NCBI GenBank assembly: GCA_043800255.1
Contig: JAZDNF010000008.1
Span: 92,622-156,621 of the forward strand
Length of the DNA stretch: 64,000 nt
Source: Candidatus Altiarchaeota archaeon
Lineage (GTDB): Archaea > Altiarchaeota > Altiarchaeia > IMC4 > SCGC-AAA252-I15
Reading direction: 5' to 3'
The position numbers were made by a program, and so were the translations under genes. Positions 26,672-35,381 of the stretch are shown here, in pieces. The notes beneath the pieces are model-generated. The model was not told where the DNA came from. It did not search any database and worked only from the letters and a program-made list of their open reading frames with translations. Every line of letters begins with the position of its first letter. The first letter of the stretch is position 1.

Positions 26672-28150
26672 ATGCCAACATTCTTTGTAGATTCTAATCT
26701 TTTTTTACAGTGTAAAAAAATTCAAGAAATCCCATGGGGGGACGTATCAGATGAGGATAGTACCCTTGTCTTGATACCACGGCCAGTTCAAATTGAGATA
26801 GATAGATTAAAACAATCTGGGAATACACGCCTAGCAAAAAGAGCAAGAGAGGCCAACTCCTTTTTCAGGGATATGATTGACAATAACGACACATTTCAGT
26901 TCAATCAAAATTCAAAGGCTATATGCTTTAAGTTTGCTCCAAACTATAAAACTTCGGAATTGGAAAAACAAGACGATCGATTAGATATTAGCAAAACGGA
27001 TGACGAGATAATTGCAAATGCAATAATTTATAGAAAAGAAACCAGTGACCTAGATGTCTTCCTATTAACTCATGACACAAATCCAATTTTAACTGCCAAA
27101 CAATGTGGATTACCGTATAAAAGAATTCCGGATTCTTGGCTACTAGCCCCCGAACTGGATAGTAGGGATAAACGGATTGCTAAACTTGAGGAAGAGATCA
27201 AGACAATTAAAAAATCTTCCCCTAATGTAAAAATCGAACACTCTATAGATAGCGAGAATAGTACTGATGGGTATATAGAAGTTAAAACTTTTAATGATCT
27301 TTCAGAAGATGAAAAATCAACTATCATTGATCAGTTAAAATCAAAATTCCCACTCAAAGATGATTTTTCATTTGAACACATACGAAAAGATAGAACTAGG
27401 GATTATGGGGTTATGTCATTACTATTTGGTGAAAAACAATTCGTACCTCCAGATAAAGAAGATATTGAGGATTATAAAAATAACAGATATCCAGATTGGA
27501 TTAATAAAGTAAGGTCTTGGTTAAATGAAATACCACAGTATCTTCAATATCCTTTTCACAGGCTCAGATTACGATTAAACGTATCAAATGATGGTAATAC
27601 CCCTATTGAACATTTTTTATTAGCATTCAAGAGCCATGGAGGTATTCTAATAAAACCAGGAGATAATGATTTAGAGTCTGATGAACAGCTTAAAATATCA
27701 CCAATTCCGCCACCCCCTCGGCTTCCAGAGGGAAAATGGATAAGAGTAAATACATCCTTCTTATCACAGATGAAGGGTATATCCGATCTTTCTGGAACTC
27801 TTAGAGATCAATATCTTGGTTTAATTCCTGAAAATATTGTGCCATATACAAACTCTTCATCAAGGAGAGATCGTCATGGGATATATTATAAAGGATCCAG
27901 ACCAACAGATTTTGTAGATTCATTTGAATGTGAATGTGATGAATTTAGACATAAAATTGATCCAGAAACTTTTGATTTGATTGTATCTATCCCAACTGAT
28001 GAGAAAATAGTAGAGGGAGTTATATCTTGCATAATAACAGGAACTAATCTACCAGAACCAAAGAGAGAACATATCAAGTTAAATTTTAAACATGCTACAG
28101 GAGATAGTTATACCGAAGTTCAAAGATTGATAAGTGAATTAAATCCATAA
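26672..28150 (+). CDS. PIN-domain protein with coiled coil and large C-terminal domain
   Basis: FFVDSNLFL, EIDRLK, DDEII, LLTHD acidic PIN tetrad. Confidence 0.8.
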   Translation: MPTFFVDSNLFLQCKKIQEIPWGDVSDEDSTLVLIPRPVQIEIDRLKQSGNTRLAKRAREANSFFRDMIDNNDTFQFNQNSKAICFKFAPNYKTSELEKQDDRLDISKTDDEIIANAIIYRKETSDLDVFLLTHDTNPILTAKQCGLPYKRIPDSWLLAPELDSRDKRIAKLEEEIKTIKKSSPNVKIEHSIDSENSTDGYIEVKTFNDLSEDEKSTIIDQLKSKFPLKDDFSFEHIRKDRTRDYGVMSLLFGEKQFVPPDKEDIEDYKNNRYPDWINKVRSWLNEIPQYLQYPFHRLRLRLNVSNDGNTPIEHFLLAFKSHGGILIKPGDNDLESDEQLKISPIPPPPRLPEGKWIRVNTSFLSQMKGISDLSGTLRDQYLGLIPENIVPYTNSSSRRDRHGIYYKGSRPTDFVDSFECECDEFRHKIDPETFDLIVSIPTDEKIVEGVISCIITGTNLPEPKREHIKLNFKHATGDSYTEVQRLISELNP

Positions 28151-28231
28151 AAATCGCAGTCCTCTGGTTTTGGGCCGGGCTTTGAAGACTGAAGCCACCT
28201 CTCAACCTCGGCGTAGCGTTTTTTATGCGCG

Positions 28232-28453
28232 TTAGGATAGGGATTGTCTGTTGATTTTTTTGTCGAGTAGGGAGCTCATGGAGATTCCTTCTTTCTCAGC
28301 CTCTTCTTTCAATTTCCAGTATGTTCTGTATTGTATTGTAAAACTTCTGGTGACTTTGTCTAAAGCGAACTCTCTGTTTTTATCATATTCCTCGAACATT
28401 TTCGTGTACTTTTTGTTATCATCCAAGATCAACAAGGTTTCCTTATCCAACAT
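28232..28453 (-). CDS. Putative antitoxin with C-terminal ribbon-helix-helix
   Basis: KVTRSFTIQYRTYWKLKEEAEKEGISMSSLLDKKI; overlaps the Doc-like gene. Confidence 0.65.
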   Translation of the reverse strand: MLDKETLLILDDNKKYTKMFEEYDKNREFALDKVTRSFTIQYRTYWKLKEEAEKEGISMSSLLDKKINRQSLS

Positions 28454-28814
28454 TGTTTTTTCCTCCGCTTATCGCGTATCTCAACCTGTATTCGATTCTT
28501 TTAGCATCGTCTAACACAGTCTTTGTTACTTTCAAGAGTTGTTTCGCAAGACGTTCCTTTCTATCATCCGTAAGTTGATAACCATGCCTAAAAAACAACA
28601 CAGCCGCTATGTCAAAGGCCGTTCTCTTATCAGCGTCTGAAAAACTGCGGTCTACTAATATAGCACGCCACAACAATGCGATTTTTCTGAACACGTTTTT
28701 GTTTTTTCCCGCATCTAAAGCAAAACTTAAACTTCCCATATTCAATTGTCCCCCGCCCCCTCCTTTTTTGTTAATTTCTATGATATCCTCTAAAGTGAGG
28801 TCTTTCTCATCCAT
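28443..28814 (-). CDS. Fic/Doc-family (death-on-curing) protein with degenerate active-site motif
   Basis: LTLEDIIEINK, KIALLWRAILVD-RSFSDADKRTA vs canonical HPFxDGNKRTA. Confidence 0.75.
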   Translation of the reverse strand: MDEKDLTLEDIIEINKKGGGGGQLNMGSLSFALDAGKNKNVFRKIALLWRAILVDRSFSDADKRTAFDIAAVLFFRHGYQLTDDRKERLAKQLLKVTKTVLDDAKRIEYRLRYAISGGKNNVG

Positions 28815-29047
28815 TTTAGGACAGTTATCAACATTTTGGTAAATTTTAGTTTACTATATATAATATTATATAACTTGATATAAATACTATTAGAAATCGA
28901 TAAATTGCAACATATTCATATAGTTGATTAAATAATCAAGTATTAAAATCATATATATAAATTTATACATTGAATCTTGCAAATAGATTCATTCCCGATG
29001 ATTTTTTCTTAATAATCGCGTAGAACGGTATTGTTAACCTGGACACC

Positions 29048-29572
29048 TTGAAAGCGTCTGGGAGTTCTAAGGCGGGGAAACTGGCGAAGAAGAATCTCAG
29101 GAGGGAAGACCATGAGGCGTTGGCGGTTTGGGCTGCTGACTGCGCCGAGCATGTGCTCCCCTACTTTGAGAAAGAATACCCAGAAGATGATCGCCCTCGG
29201 AAAGCCATCAAAGCATGCCGAAGGTGGGCGCGTACCGGCGTGTTCAGGATGGCAGACGTGCGAAGAGACTCGCTCGCAGCCCACGCTGCCGCACGCGAAG
29301 CGAAAGAGGACAGCGCAGCCCGCTATGCAGCCCGCGCCGCAGGCCAAGCAGTAGCGACTGCACACGCGCCCAGGCATGCGATCGGCCCCGCATGGTATGG
29401 TATCAAAGCCGCCGAAGCTGCAGGCGTTGCAGATGAGCGTGAGTGGCAGCACTCGCACCTCCCGAAACGTCTTCATCCAATGGTGTCCGCTGAAGCAACA
29501 CGACACGGCAGAAAAAACCCGGGACGAAAAAGATACCGACATTTAAGTATTGCATCAAAGGACATGCAGTAA
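29048..29572 (+). CDS. Imm-5-like putative immunity protein
   Basis: LAVWAADCAEHVLPYFE...DDRPRKAI...AARAAGQAVATAH..HA. Confidence 0.8.
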   Translation: MKASGSSKAGKLAKKNLRREDHEALAVWAADCAEHVLPYFEKEYPEDDRPRKAIKACRRWARTGVFRMADVRRDSLAAHAAAREAKEDSAARYAARAAGQAVATAHAPRHAIGPAWYGIKAAEAAGVADEREWQHSHLPKRLHPMVSAEATRHGRKNPGRKRYRHLSIASKDMQ

Positions 29573-29917
29573 ATCCGTTATCATTGAGAGGGGATTCGAA
29601 CTCCCAGCACCGCTCTGAACTCTGGCGATTAATTTGCTCTTCTCAGAAAAAAAGAAATCTGGGAGTTAGGGTTCCCGATTGCAATAGACATTGGTTCACG
29701 GCAAAAAGTGCGCGAAAGGGCGAGAATATGGCTTAAAACGCTATATAGCGGGGCTGGAGAACGATGGCTGCGGCTCCGGTATATTTTTATATTTTTGTTT
29801 GAAATAATCATATGGAGTATCTTGTCTACCGGTCTTCGATCCTGGGGTTGGGAGGATGGCGCATATCCTGATTTTGGATAGGGGATGTTGAAGGGAAATC
29901 GCAAAGACTTCTGAAAA

Positions 29918-30745
29918 ATGAATGAAACGCAACTAATTGAGAATTTGGACATCATCTTTAAGAGAGAGTATTTCTATCGAGTGCAGCATGACGGCATTGA
30001 CAGAAAGTATGAGAAAAGACAGTGGGGAGGAAAAATCAGAAGAGTCATATCATTGGATGATAATGTGACGTCTGACTCATCCAGTTCCTCTACAACAGAC
30101 TACATAGAGAAGAATCCCAAGAAGGTAACATTAAAGTTTCCAGCATTAGAATATCTGGAGAAACTTCATGAACAGGTTAAATGTGACAATAACCTGAATT
30201 CAAAATTCATGGAATACTTGGATAAGACTCTGGCCAACACACCAGACTGGAGGACTGTAGTCTCATACCTGTCATTTGAATTCCTGCTGAAGAACGGATT
30301 TCTGAATGAAGCCTTAGAGGGATTCAAAGAGATGGCCAAATCGAAAATCCCGTCCAGAAATCTCGTGAACATACTGAATGGCATACTGAGTTATGAGCAC
30401 TACAGATTCAACAGGAATGACTTCGATAAAATCGAGGATACGTTAGACTCCATATTGGACAAATACCCCGGCTTCTATCTACTATACAACCCTCTGTTGA
30501 CGATAATAAATACCCTGAAATTCGAAAGACTGAAGTCGGAATTGGACTCCATAACAGACGCCAGGATAAGGAGGGACATCCTGATATCCCTCCAAAAGCT
30601 GACGGAGGAGGAGAAACTATCGCTTGAAAAACACAAGGTCATTATCATCGACAAACTGTCTGACTTGCCTCAAGCGATCTTCGAGAAATATTGCCAATAC
30701 AACGCATACGAACCAGCGGACATACAATTTACAGATGTAAGCTGA
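29918..30745 (+). CDS. Hypothetical protein
   Basis: 275-aa helical-looking ORF; no motif recognised. Confidence 0.65.
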   Translation: MNETQLIENLDIIFKREYFYRVQHDGIDRKYEKRQWGGKIRRVISLDDNVTSDSSSSSTTDYIEKNPKKVTLKFPALEYLEKLHEQVKCDNNLNSKFMEYLDKTLANTPDWRTVVSYLSFEFLLKNGFLNEALEGFKEMAKSKIPSRNLVNILNGILSYEHYRFNRNDFDKIEDTLDSILDKYPGFYLLYNPLLTIINTLKFERLKSELDSITDARIRRDILISLQKLTEEEKLSLEKHKVIIIDKLSDLPQAIFEKYCQYNAYEPADIQFTDVS

Positions 30746-30813
30746 TACTCCACGGGAATTCTGTTTCTGTCCTGTGGGGGCAAATTTTTTTAAGCCTAAA
30801 TCCTGGTGCTTTT

Positions 30814-31752
30814 TTATTCTAATTTCACGTATCCGATGATTCTGGGGTTTTTGCGATTGGGATCCAGTAGGAGGATGCGGTCCGATATCAGGGGTATCTG
30901 TTTTTCCAGCTTGATTTTCAACACTCCGGTTCCGCCAGGCTTCAGTGAGCCTGAGACCAGGCTTGCGGGAGTGTAATTCATGCTTGAGTTTACCATGATC
31001 TGGTCGCCTTCCTCCAGGCCGGGGCGGGCGTACTTCGATAAAGCAGCCTCCGATTCAATAATGTCGGCGACAGGAATGTCGCTTCGCGTTGAAAGGATGC
31101 TCCCCCGCTCAACCTGATCAGGTTTCACGTCCTTGAGGGCGACTCCAACGCAGACCCCACAGCCGGCCTCGGCAACGTCAGTATCGTGAACCTGGATGGA
31201 CTTGACAAGAGTCTCAATCTTTTTGGGGTAAATCAGGACGCTATCGTGCTTGCGCAACACCCCTTCCTTTACGACGCCCAACGCGACCGTGCCGACGCCT
31301 TTCACCGGAAAACAATGATCCACCTGCACTACAGGCTCGCCCTCAGAATGCAACGACAATTTTGAAAGAGCATCCCTGATGGAGACTACCTGATTCTCCA
31401 CCTTAGGATAGGAGGAGAGTACGGTGCCGCCGAAAAGAGGCTCCACAGCCTCAGCAGGTATGCCGCCCAGGATTACGTAGCCGGTCTCCAGCCCGTAAGC
31501 GTCAATGGCGACAATCATCTCCCCCAGTAGGCTGTCAACCGCGTCAACCTTCAGGAGAACCTGGTCCGCGATGTTAAGAGCTGACGCGAGAGACTGGATT
31601 TTCTCAGGGTATGATGTAGGCGCCACAAAAGACAACAACACATCATTATGCCTGTGATTGAACAATGTCACATCGCTTTCAGTCCCCTTCCTCCCCAACG
31701 AAGGCCCCAGACCAGCCCCCAAGACGACGGTAACATTCCCCTTCGAAGACAT
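30814..31752 (-). CDS. Archaeal SelB-like / EF-Tu domain II protein with degenerate G domain (aSelBL-like)
   Basis: LGRKGTESDVTLFN, YPEKIQSL, VDHCFPVKGVGTVALG, KSIQVHD; start MSSKG at 31752. Confidence 0.8.
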   Translation of the reverse strand: MSSKGNVTVVLGAGLGPSLGRKGTESDVTLFNHRHNDVLLSFVAPTSYPEKIQSLASALNIADQVLLKVDAVDSLLGEMIVAIDAYGLETGYVILGGIPAEAVEPLFGGTVLSSYPKVENQVVSIRDALSKLSLHSEGEPVVQVDHCFPVKGVGTVALGVVKEGVLRKHDSVLIYPKKIETLVKSIQVHDTDVAEAGCGVCVGVALKDVKPDQVERGSILSTRSDIPVADIIESEAALSKYARPGLEEGDQIMVNSSMNYTPASLVSGSLKPGGTGVLKIKLEKQIPLISDRILLLDPNRKNPRIIGYVKLE

Positions 31753-31839
31753 GTAAAAAGAATAAAACGGCCGAGAATAATAATCACAGGAAAACCCCAG
31801 CAACTGGTCTTTTATTCCCTGCCTGCCCTTTATTTTACT

Positions 31840-32724
31840 ATGGAGGTTATAGACGCCCACTGCCACGCTGACAGCAGAAGCCTCACCGACTTCAGAAGGC
31901 TCGCCGAAGCAGGCTATAAGGGGATTATAACCCTGGCGATGCACAAAACAGAGCCCAGGAGGGCTGAGACGCTGCTCGACTACTGGGACGTGCTGCTCAA
32001 AAACTATTCCGGAGAGTTGAAGGACACCGGCCTCACATCATATCTGGGACTGGGGATACACCCAAGGAATGCCCACTTCACGGGAGAGAAGAACTATGAA
32101 GTAGCATATGATGCGCTTGGAGGTTATCTGCAGAAGGAGAACGTCACCGCCCTCGGAGAGGTCGGGTTGGATAGGATAGACAAAACAGAGAAGGAAGTCC
32201 TGAGAAGACAACTGCAAATCGCAAAAGAGATCCGAAAGCCGGCGGTGATACACACCCCCGGAAAGAGAAAAAGCGAGGCACTGGATGAGACGCTCAAGAT
32301 ACTGAAGGAGGTTGGATTCCCCCCGAAGCTCACAGTATTGGACCACACAGACCTGACGACGCTCGACAGGGTGCTGGCACACGGGAGCATGATAGGCTTG
32401 AGCATAAAGTCTGACAAACTTGACATACCAACTGTTATCAGAATACTGAAAGAACACCCAGAAGCCGTCGACAGGTTCATGCTCAACACGGACTTCGGAT
32501 ACAGCGCCTCGCATTTCGAAGAGCTTAACGGAGTAAGAAGAGCTGCTGAGGAGATTGCCGCAGAGCTTGGGAGGAGCACAGCAGCAAAAGCTGCCTCAGA
32601 CAATGCGATACGGTTCTTCAAGCTCGGCCTGCCGCTCGAACTCTCAGACGACATAAGGAAGAAAGGCATAGGAGACATCGAAAGAGGCCTCAGAGGAGGG
32701 CATAAACCTAGGAACAGGGTGTAG
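31840..32724 (+). CDS. TatD-family metal-dependent hydrolase
   Basis: IDAHCH, LGIHP, LGEVGLD, VIHTP, LDH, LNTD. Confidence 0.88.
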   Translation: MEVIDAHCHADSRSLTDFRRLAEAGYKGIITLAMHKTEPRRAETLLDYWDVLLKNYSGELKDTGLTSYLGLGIHPRNAHFTGEKNYEVAYDALGGYLQKENVTALGEVGLDRIDKTEKEVLRRQLQIAKEIRKPAVIHTPGKRKSEALDETLKILKEVGFPPKLTVLDHTDLTTLDRVLAHGSMIGLSIKSDKLDIPTVIRILKEHPEAVDRFMLNTDFGYSASHFEELNGVRRAAEEIAAELGRSTAAKAASDNAIRFFKLGLPLELSDDIRKKGIGDIERGLRGGHKPRNRV

Positions 32725-32730
32725 ACTACC

Positions 32731-33633
32731 ATGGGCGAGAAGATTACGGCAGTCGTTCCAGCATACAACGAGGAAAACTGGATCAAAAATGTCCTGACGA
32801 CGCTGAAGGAGGCGAAAGAGGCCGGCATAATTGACGACATTATCGTAGTAGACGACGGCAGCACCGACAGGACGGGAGAGATTGCCAAAGAACTTGGAAT
32901 CAGAGTCATAAGACACGACACAAACAAGGGAAAAAGCGAAGGATTCATGACAGCAGCCAGAGACGCCAGAGAATCTGACATAATATTCATGACAGACGCT
33001 GACATGACAAACCTCACGCCCGAGAAGATAGAAAAGTTCCTGAACGGGATAAAAGGCAGGGACGACGTCTGGATGATACGATCAGGGTACAAGCAGAATG
33101 AGATTTCCCCTAAAGGGAAACTCGAGGCAGAGTGCCTCCCACAGCATTCAGGATTCAGGGCAATCAGGACCTCAGCACTGCAGCCGCTATACAACGGCTG
33201 GGATGCCCTGGAAAAAGGGGAGACGCCGTCCAATGCATACAGGAAATGGATGAGATACTTGAGCGCCGGAGGATTCGGCCTGGAGAAGGCGCTCGAAGAG
33301 CTGATACCAGAGAACCGGAAAGCAGAGGCAGAAGGCTTAAATCTAAGTTCCAGAGAGCGGGGCAGGGGAGGCCATCCCCTCTCAACCATAAAGTATGATT
33401 TCGAAAAGGTCGATAGGGCGGCGGAGCAGAGGTCACGGACTGCCGAGAGCCTCAACATCCTGAGAAAGCTGCGCTCATCAAGGCCTGACGACCAGCTGGT
33501 CACAGGCAGAGGGAGAGAAGAGCTCGTCAGGGTTGCGGAGATGCTGCCGAGAGCTGAGATAGAGAAGATAAGACAGGAACTGGAAGCAGCCGACAGGGAA
33601 GGCACTAAGGGTAAATTTAGGGAAAAGCACTAG
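32731..33633 (+). CDS. Glycosyltransferase family 2, divergent C-terminus
   Basis: VVPAYNEE, VVDDGSTD, NKGK, FMTDAD, SGFRAI. Confidence 0.85.
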   Translation: MGEKITAVVPAYNEENWIKNVLTTLKEAKEAGIIDDIIVVDDGSTDRTGEIAKELGIRVIRHDTNKGKSEGFMTAARDARESDIIFMTDADMTNLTPEKIEKFLNGIKGRDDVWMIRSGYKQNEISPKGKLEAECLPQHSGFRAIRTSALQPLYNGWDALEKGETPSNAYRKWMRYLSAGGFGLEKALEELIPENRKAEAEGLNLSSRERGRGGHPLSTIKYDFEKVDRAAEQRSRTAESLNILRKLRSSRPDDQLVTGRGREELVRVAEMLPRAEIEKIRQELEAADREGTKGKFREKH

Positions 33634-33720
33634 AAAGGTATTTTTATACTCGTCTGACAAATAAAATATTCTTAGATTTTTCTATAGGTTTGGATGTTAC
33701 ATTAATGAGGTGATGAGGAT

Positions 33721-35355
33721 ATGACAAACGGAACACCGATAATCATACTACCGGAAGGAGCGTTTAGAACGCAAGGAAGAGATGCCCAGAGGGGCAACAT
33801 AATGGCCGCGAAAGCGGTCGGCGAGATAGTGAAGACAACACTGGGCCCGATGGGAATGGACAAGATGGTCGTCGACGACATGGGAGACGTCATCATAACA
33901 AACGACGGCGCAACCATCGTGAACGAGCTGAACGTCGAGCACCCGGCGGCGAAGATGATAATCGAAGTCGCCAAAACACAGGACGAAGAGGTCGGCGACG
34001 GCACAACGACAGCGGTCGTACTGGCAGGAGAGCTCCTAGCACAGGCTGAAAAGCTCCTGGACATGGGAATACACCCGACAGTAATCACTGCAGGATACAG
34101 GATGGCGGCCAAAGAATCGTTCAAGATACTCGACAACATATCGGAGAAGATAACGCTGGAAGACGAACAGCTCCTGCGAAAGATAGCATCGACAGCCATG
34201 ACGGGCAAGGGAGCAGATTCAGCGAAAGAAGCCCTCAACACTCTCACAGTCAGGGCGGTGAAACTGGTCGCTGAAGAGGAGAACGGGAAGACAGTAGTGG
34301 ACCAGGACAACATCACGCTTGAGAAAAAACAGGGAGGCAGCATAACAGACTCGGAAATCATCGAGGGAGTGATGCTTGACAAGGAGAGGGCAAGCAATAG
34401 CATGCCATCCAGGATAGAGTCCGCCAAAATCGCCGTACTGGACATTGGGATTGAGATAAAGAAGACAGAGACTGACGCGAAAATCAAGATAACGTCACCA
34501 GACCAGCTGTCGGCGTTTGCCATGCAGGAGGAGAAAATCCTCAAAGATAAGGTGGACCAGGTAGCGAAGTCCGGCGCGAACGTCCTCTTCTGCCAGAAGA
34601 GCATCGACGACATGGCACTGCACTACCTGTCAAAGGCAGGCATACTGACGGTGAAAAGCGTCAGCGAATCAGACATCAAAAAGCTGTCGAAGGCCACCGG
34701 AGCGAGGATACTGACAAACATGAAAGACATCTCCAAAGCGGACCTAGGCTACGCCAAGGTCGTGGAAGAGATCAAGGTTTCAGGCGACGAGATGATATTC
34801 GTAAGAGGGTGCAAGAACCCGAAAGCGGTGACGGTCTTCATAAGAGGCGGCACAGAGCACGTAGTCGACGAAGCCGAGAGAGCTGTCGAGGACGCGATAA
34901 AGGGCGTCGCAGCCTCTGTCGAAGTCGGCAGATTCGTCACAGGCGGCGGAGCCCTCGAAATCGAGCTCTCGATGAGACTCAGAGAATACGCCGAGACCAT
35001 CGGAGGCAGAGAGCAGCTTGCGATAGCAGCATTCGCCAACGCCCTAGAGACGATACCAAGAACGCTCGCCAAGAGCGCTGGCATGGACGTCATAGACACG
35101 ATGGTGAAGCTCATATCAGAACATGAGAAGAAAGCGAAGAACGCCGGCGTCGACGTGCTCGAAAACAAAGTCTCCGACATGAGGAAGAAAGGAATCATCG
35201 AGCCGCTGAAAATCAAGACGCAGGCCATAAAATCCGCAAGCGAGGCAGCCGAGCTGATACTCAGGATAGACGACATAATCTCAGCCTCGAAGAAGGAGAT
35301 GCCCTCCATGCCTCCAGGAGGAGGCGGCTGCGGCATGGGCGGGATGGGAATGTGA
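33721..35355 (+). CDS. thsA: Thermosome (group II chaperonin) subunit
   Basis: TLGPMGMDKM, TNDGATI, GDGTTT, GGM-rich tail; RBS GAGGTGA. Confidence 0.97.
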   Translation: MTNGTPIIILPEGAFRTQGRDAQRGNIMAAKAVGEIVKTTLGPMGMDKMVVDDMGDVIITNDGATIVNELNVEHPAAKMIIEVAKTQDEEVGDGTTTAVVLAGELLAQAEKLLDMGIHPTVITAGYRMAAKESFKILDNISEKITLEDEQLLRKIASTAMTGKGADSAKEALNTLTVRAVKLVAEEENGKTVVDQDNITLEKKQGGSITDSEIIEGVMLDKERASNSMPSRIESAKIAVLDIGIEIKKTETDAKIKITSPDQLSAFAMQEEKILKDKVDQVAKSGANVLFCQKSIDDMALHYLSKAGILTVKSVSESDIKKLSKATGARILTNMKDISKADLGYAKVVEEIKVSGDEMIFVRGCKNPKAVTVFIRGGTEHVVDEAERAVEDAIKGVAASVEVGRFVTGGGALEIELSMRLREYAETIGGREQLAIAAFANALETIPRTLAKSAGMDVIDTMVKLISEHEKKAKNAGVDVLENKVSDMRKKGIIEPLKIKTQAIKSASEAAELILRIDDIISASKKEMPSMPPGGGGCGMGGMGM

Positions 35356-35381
35356 GGAAACCAACCTCACATCTTTTCTTT

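Larger units (their letters stand above)
25840..30745. mobile_element. Mostly AT-rich accessory island downstream of tRNA-Ser (no integrase seen)
   Basis: Marked drop in GC from ~25.9 kb; PIN, Doc-type TA, Imm5-like and orphan genes; possible tRNA 3'-end relics at ~28200-28213 and 29586-29605. Confidence 0.6.

Noticed and set aside
30814-31752. SelB-like gene as evidence for selenocysteine decoding
   Set aside because: The G domain is degenerate (known aSelBL-like family); no tRNA-Sec, SECIS or in-frame UGA genes seen
32124-33605. 493-aa minus-strand ORF
   Set aside because: Ser/Leu-rich antisense shadow of the TatD and GT2 genes
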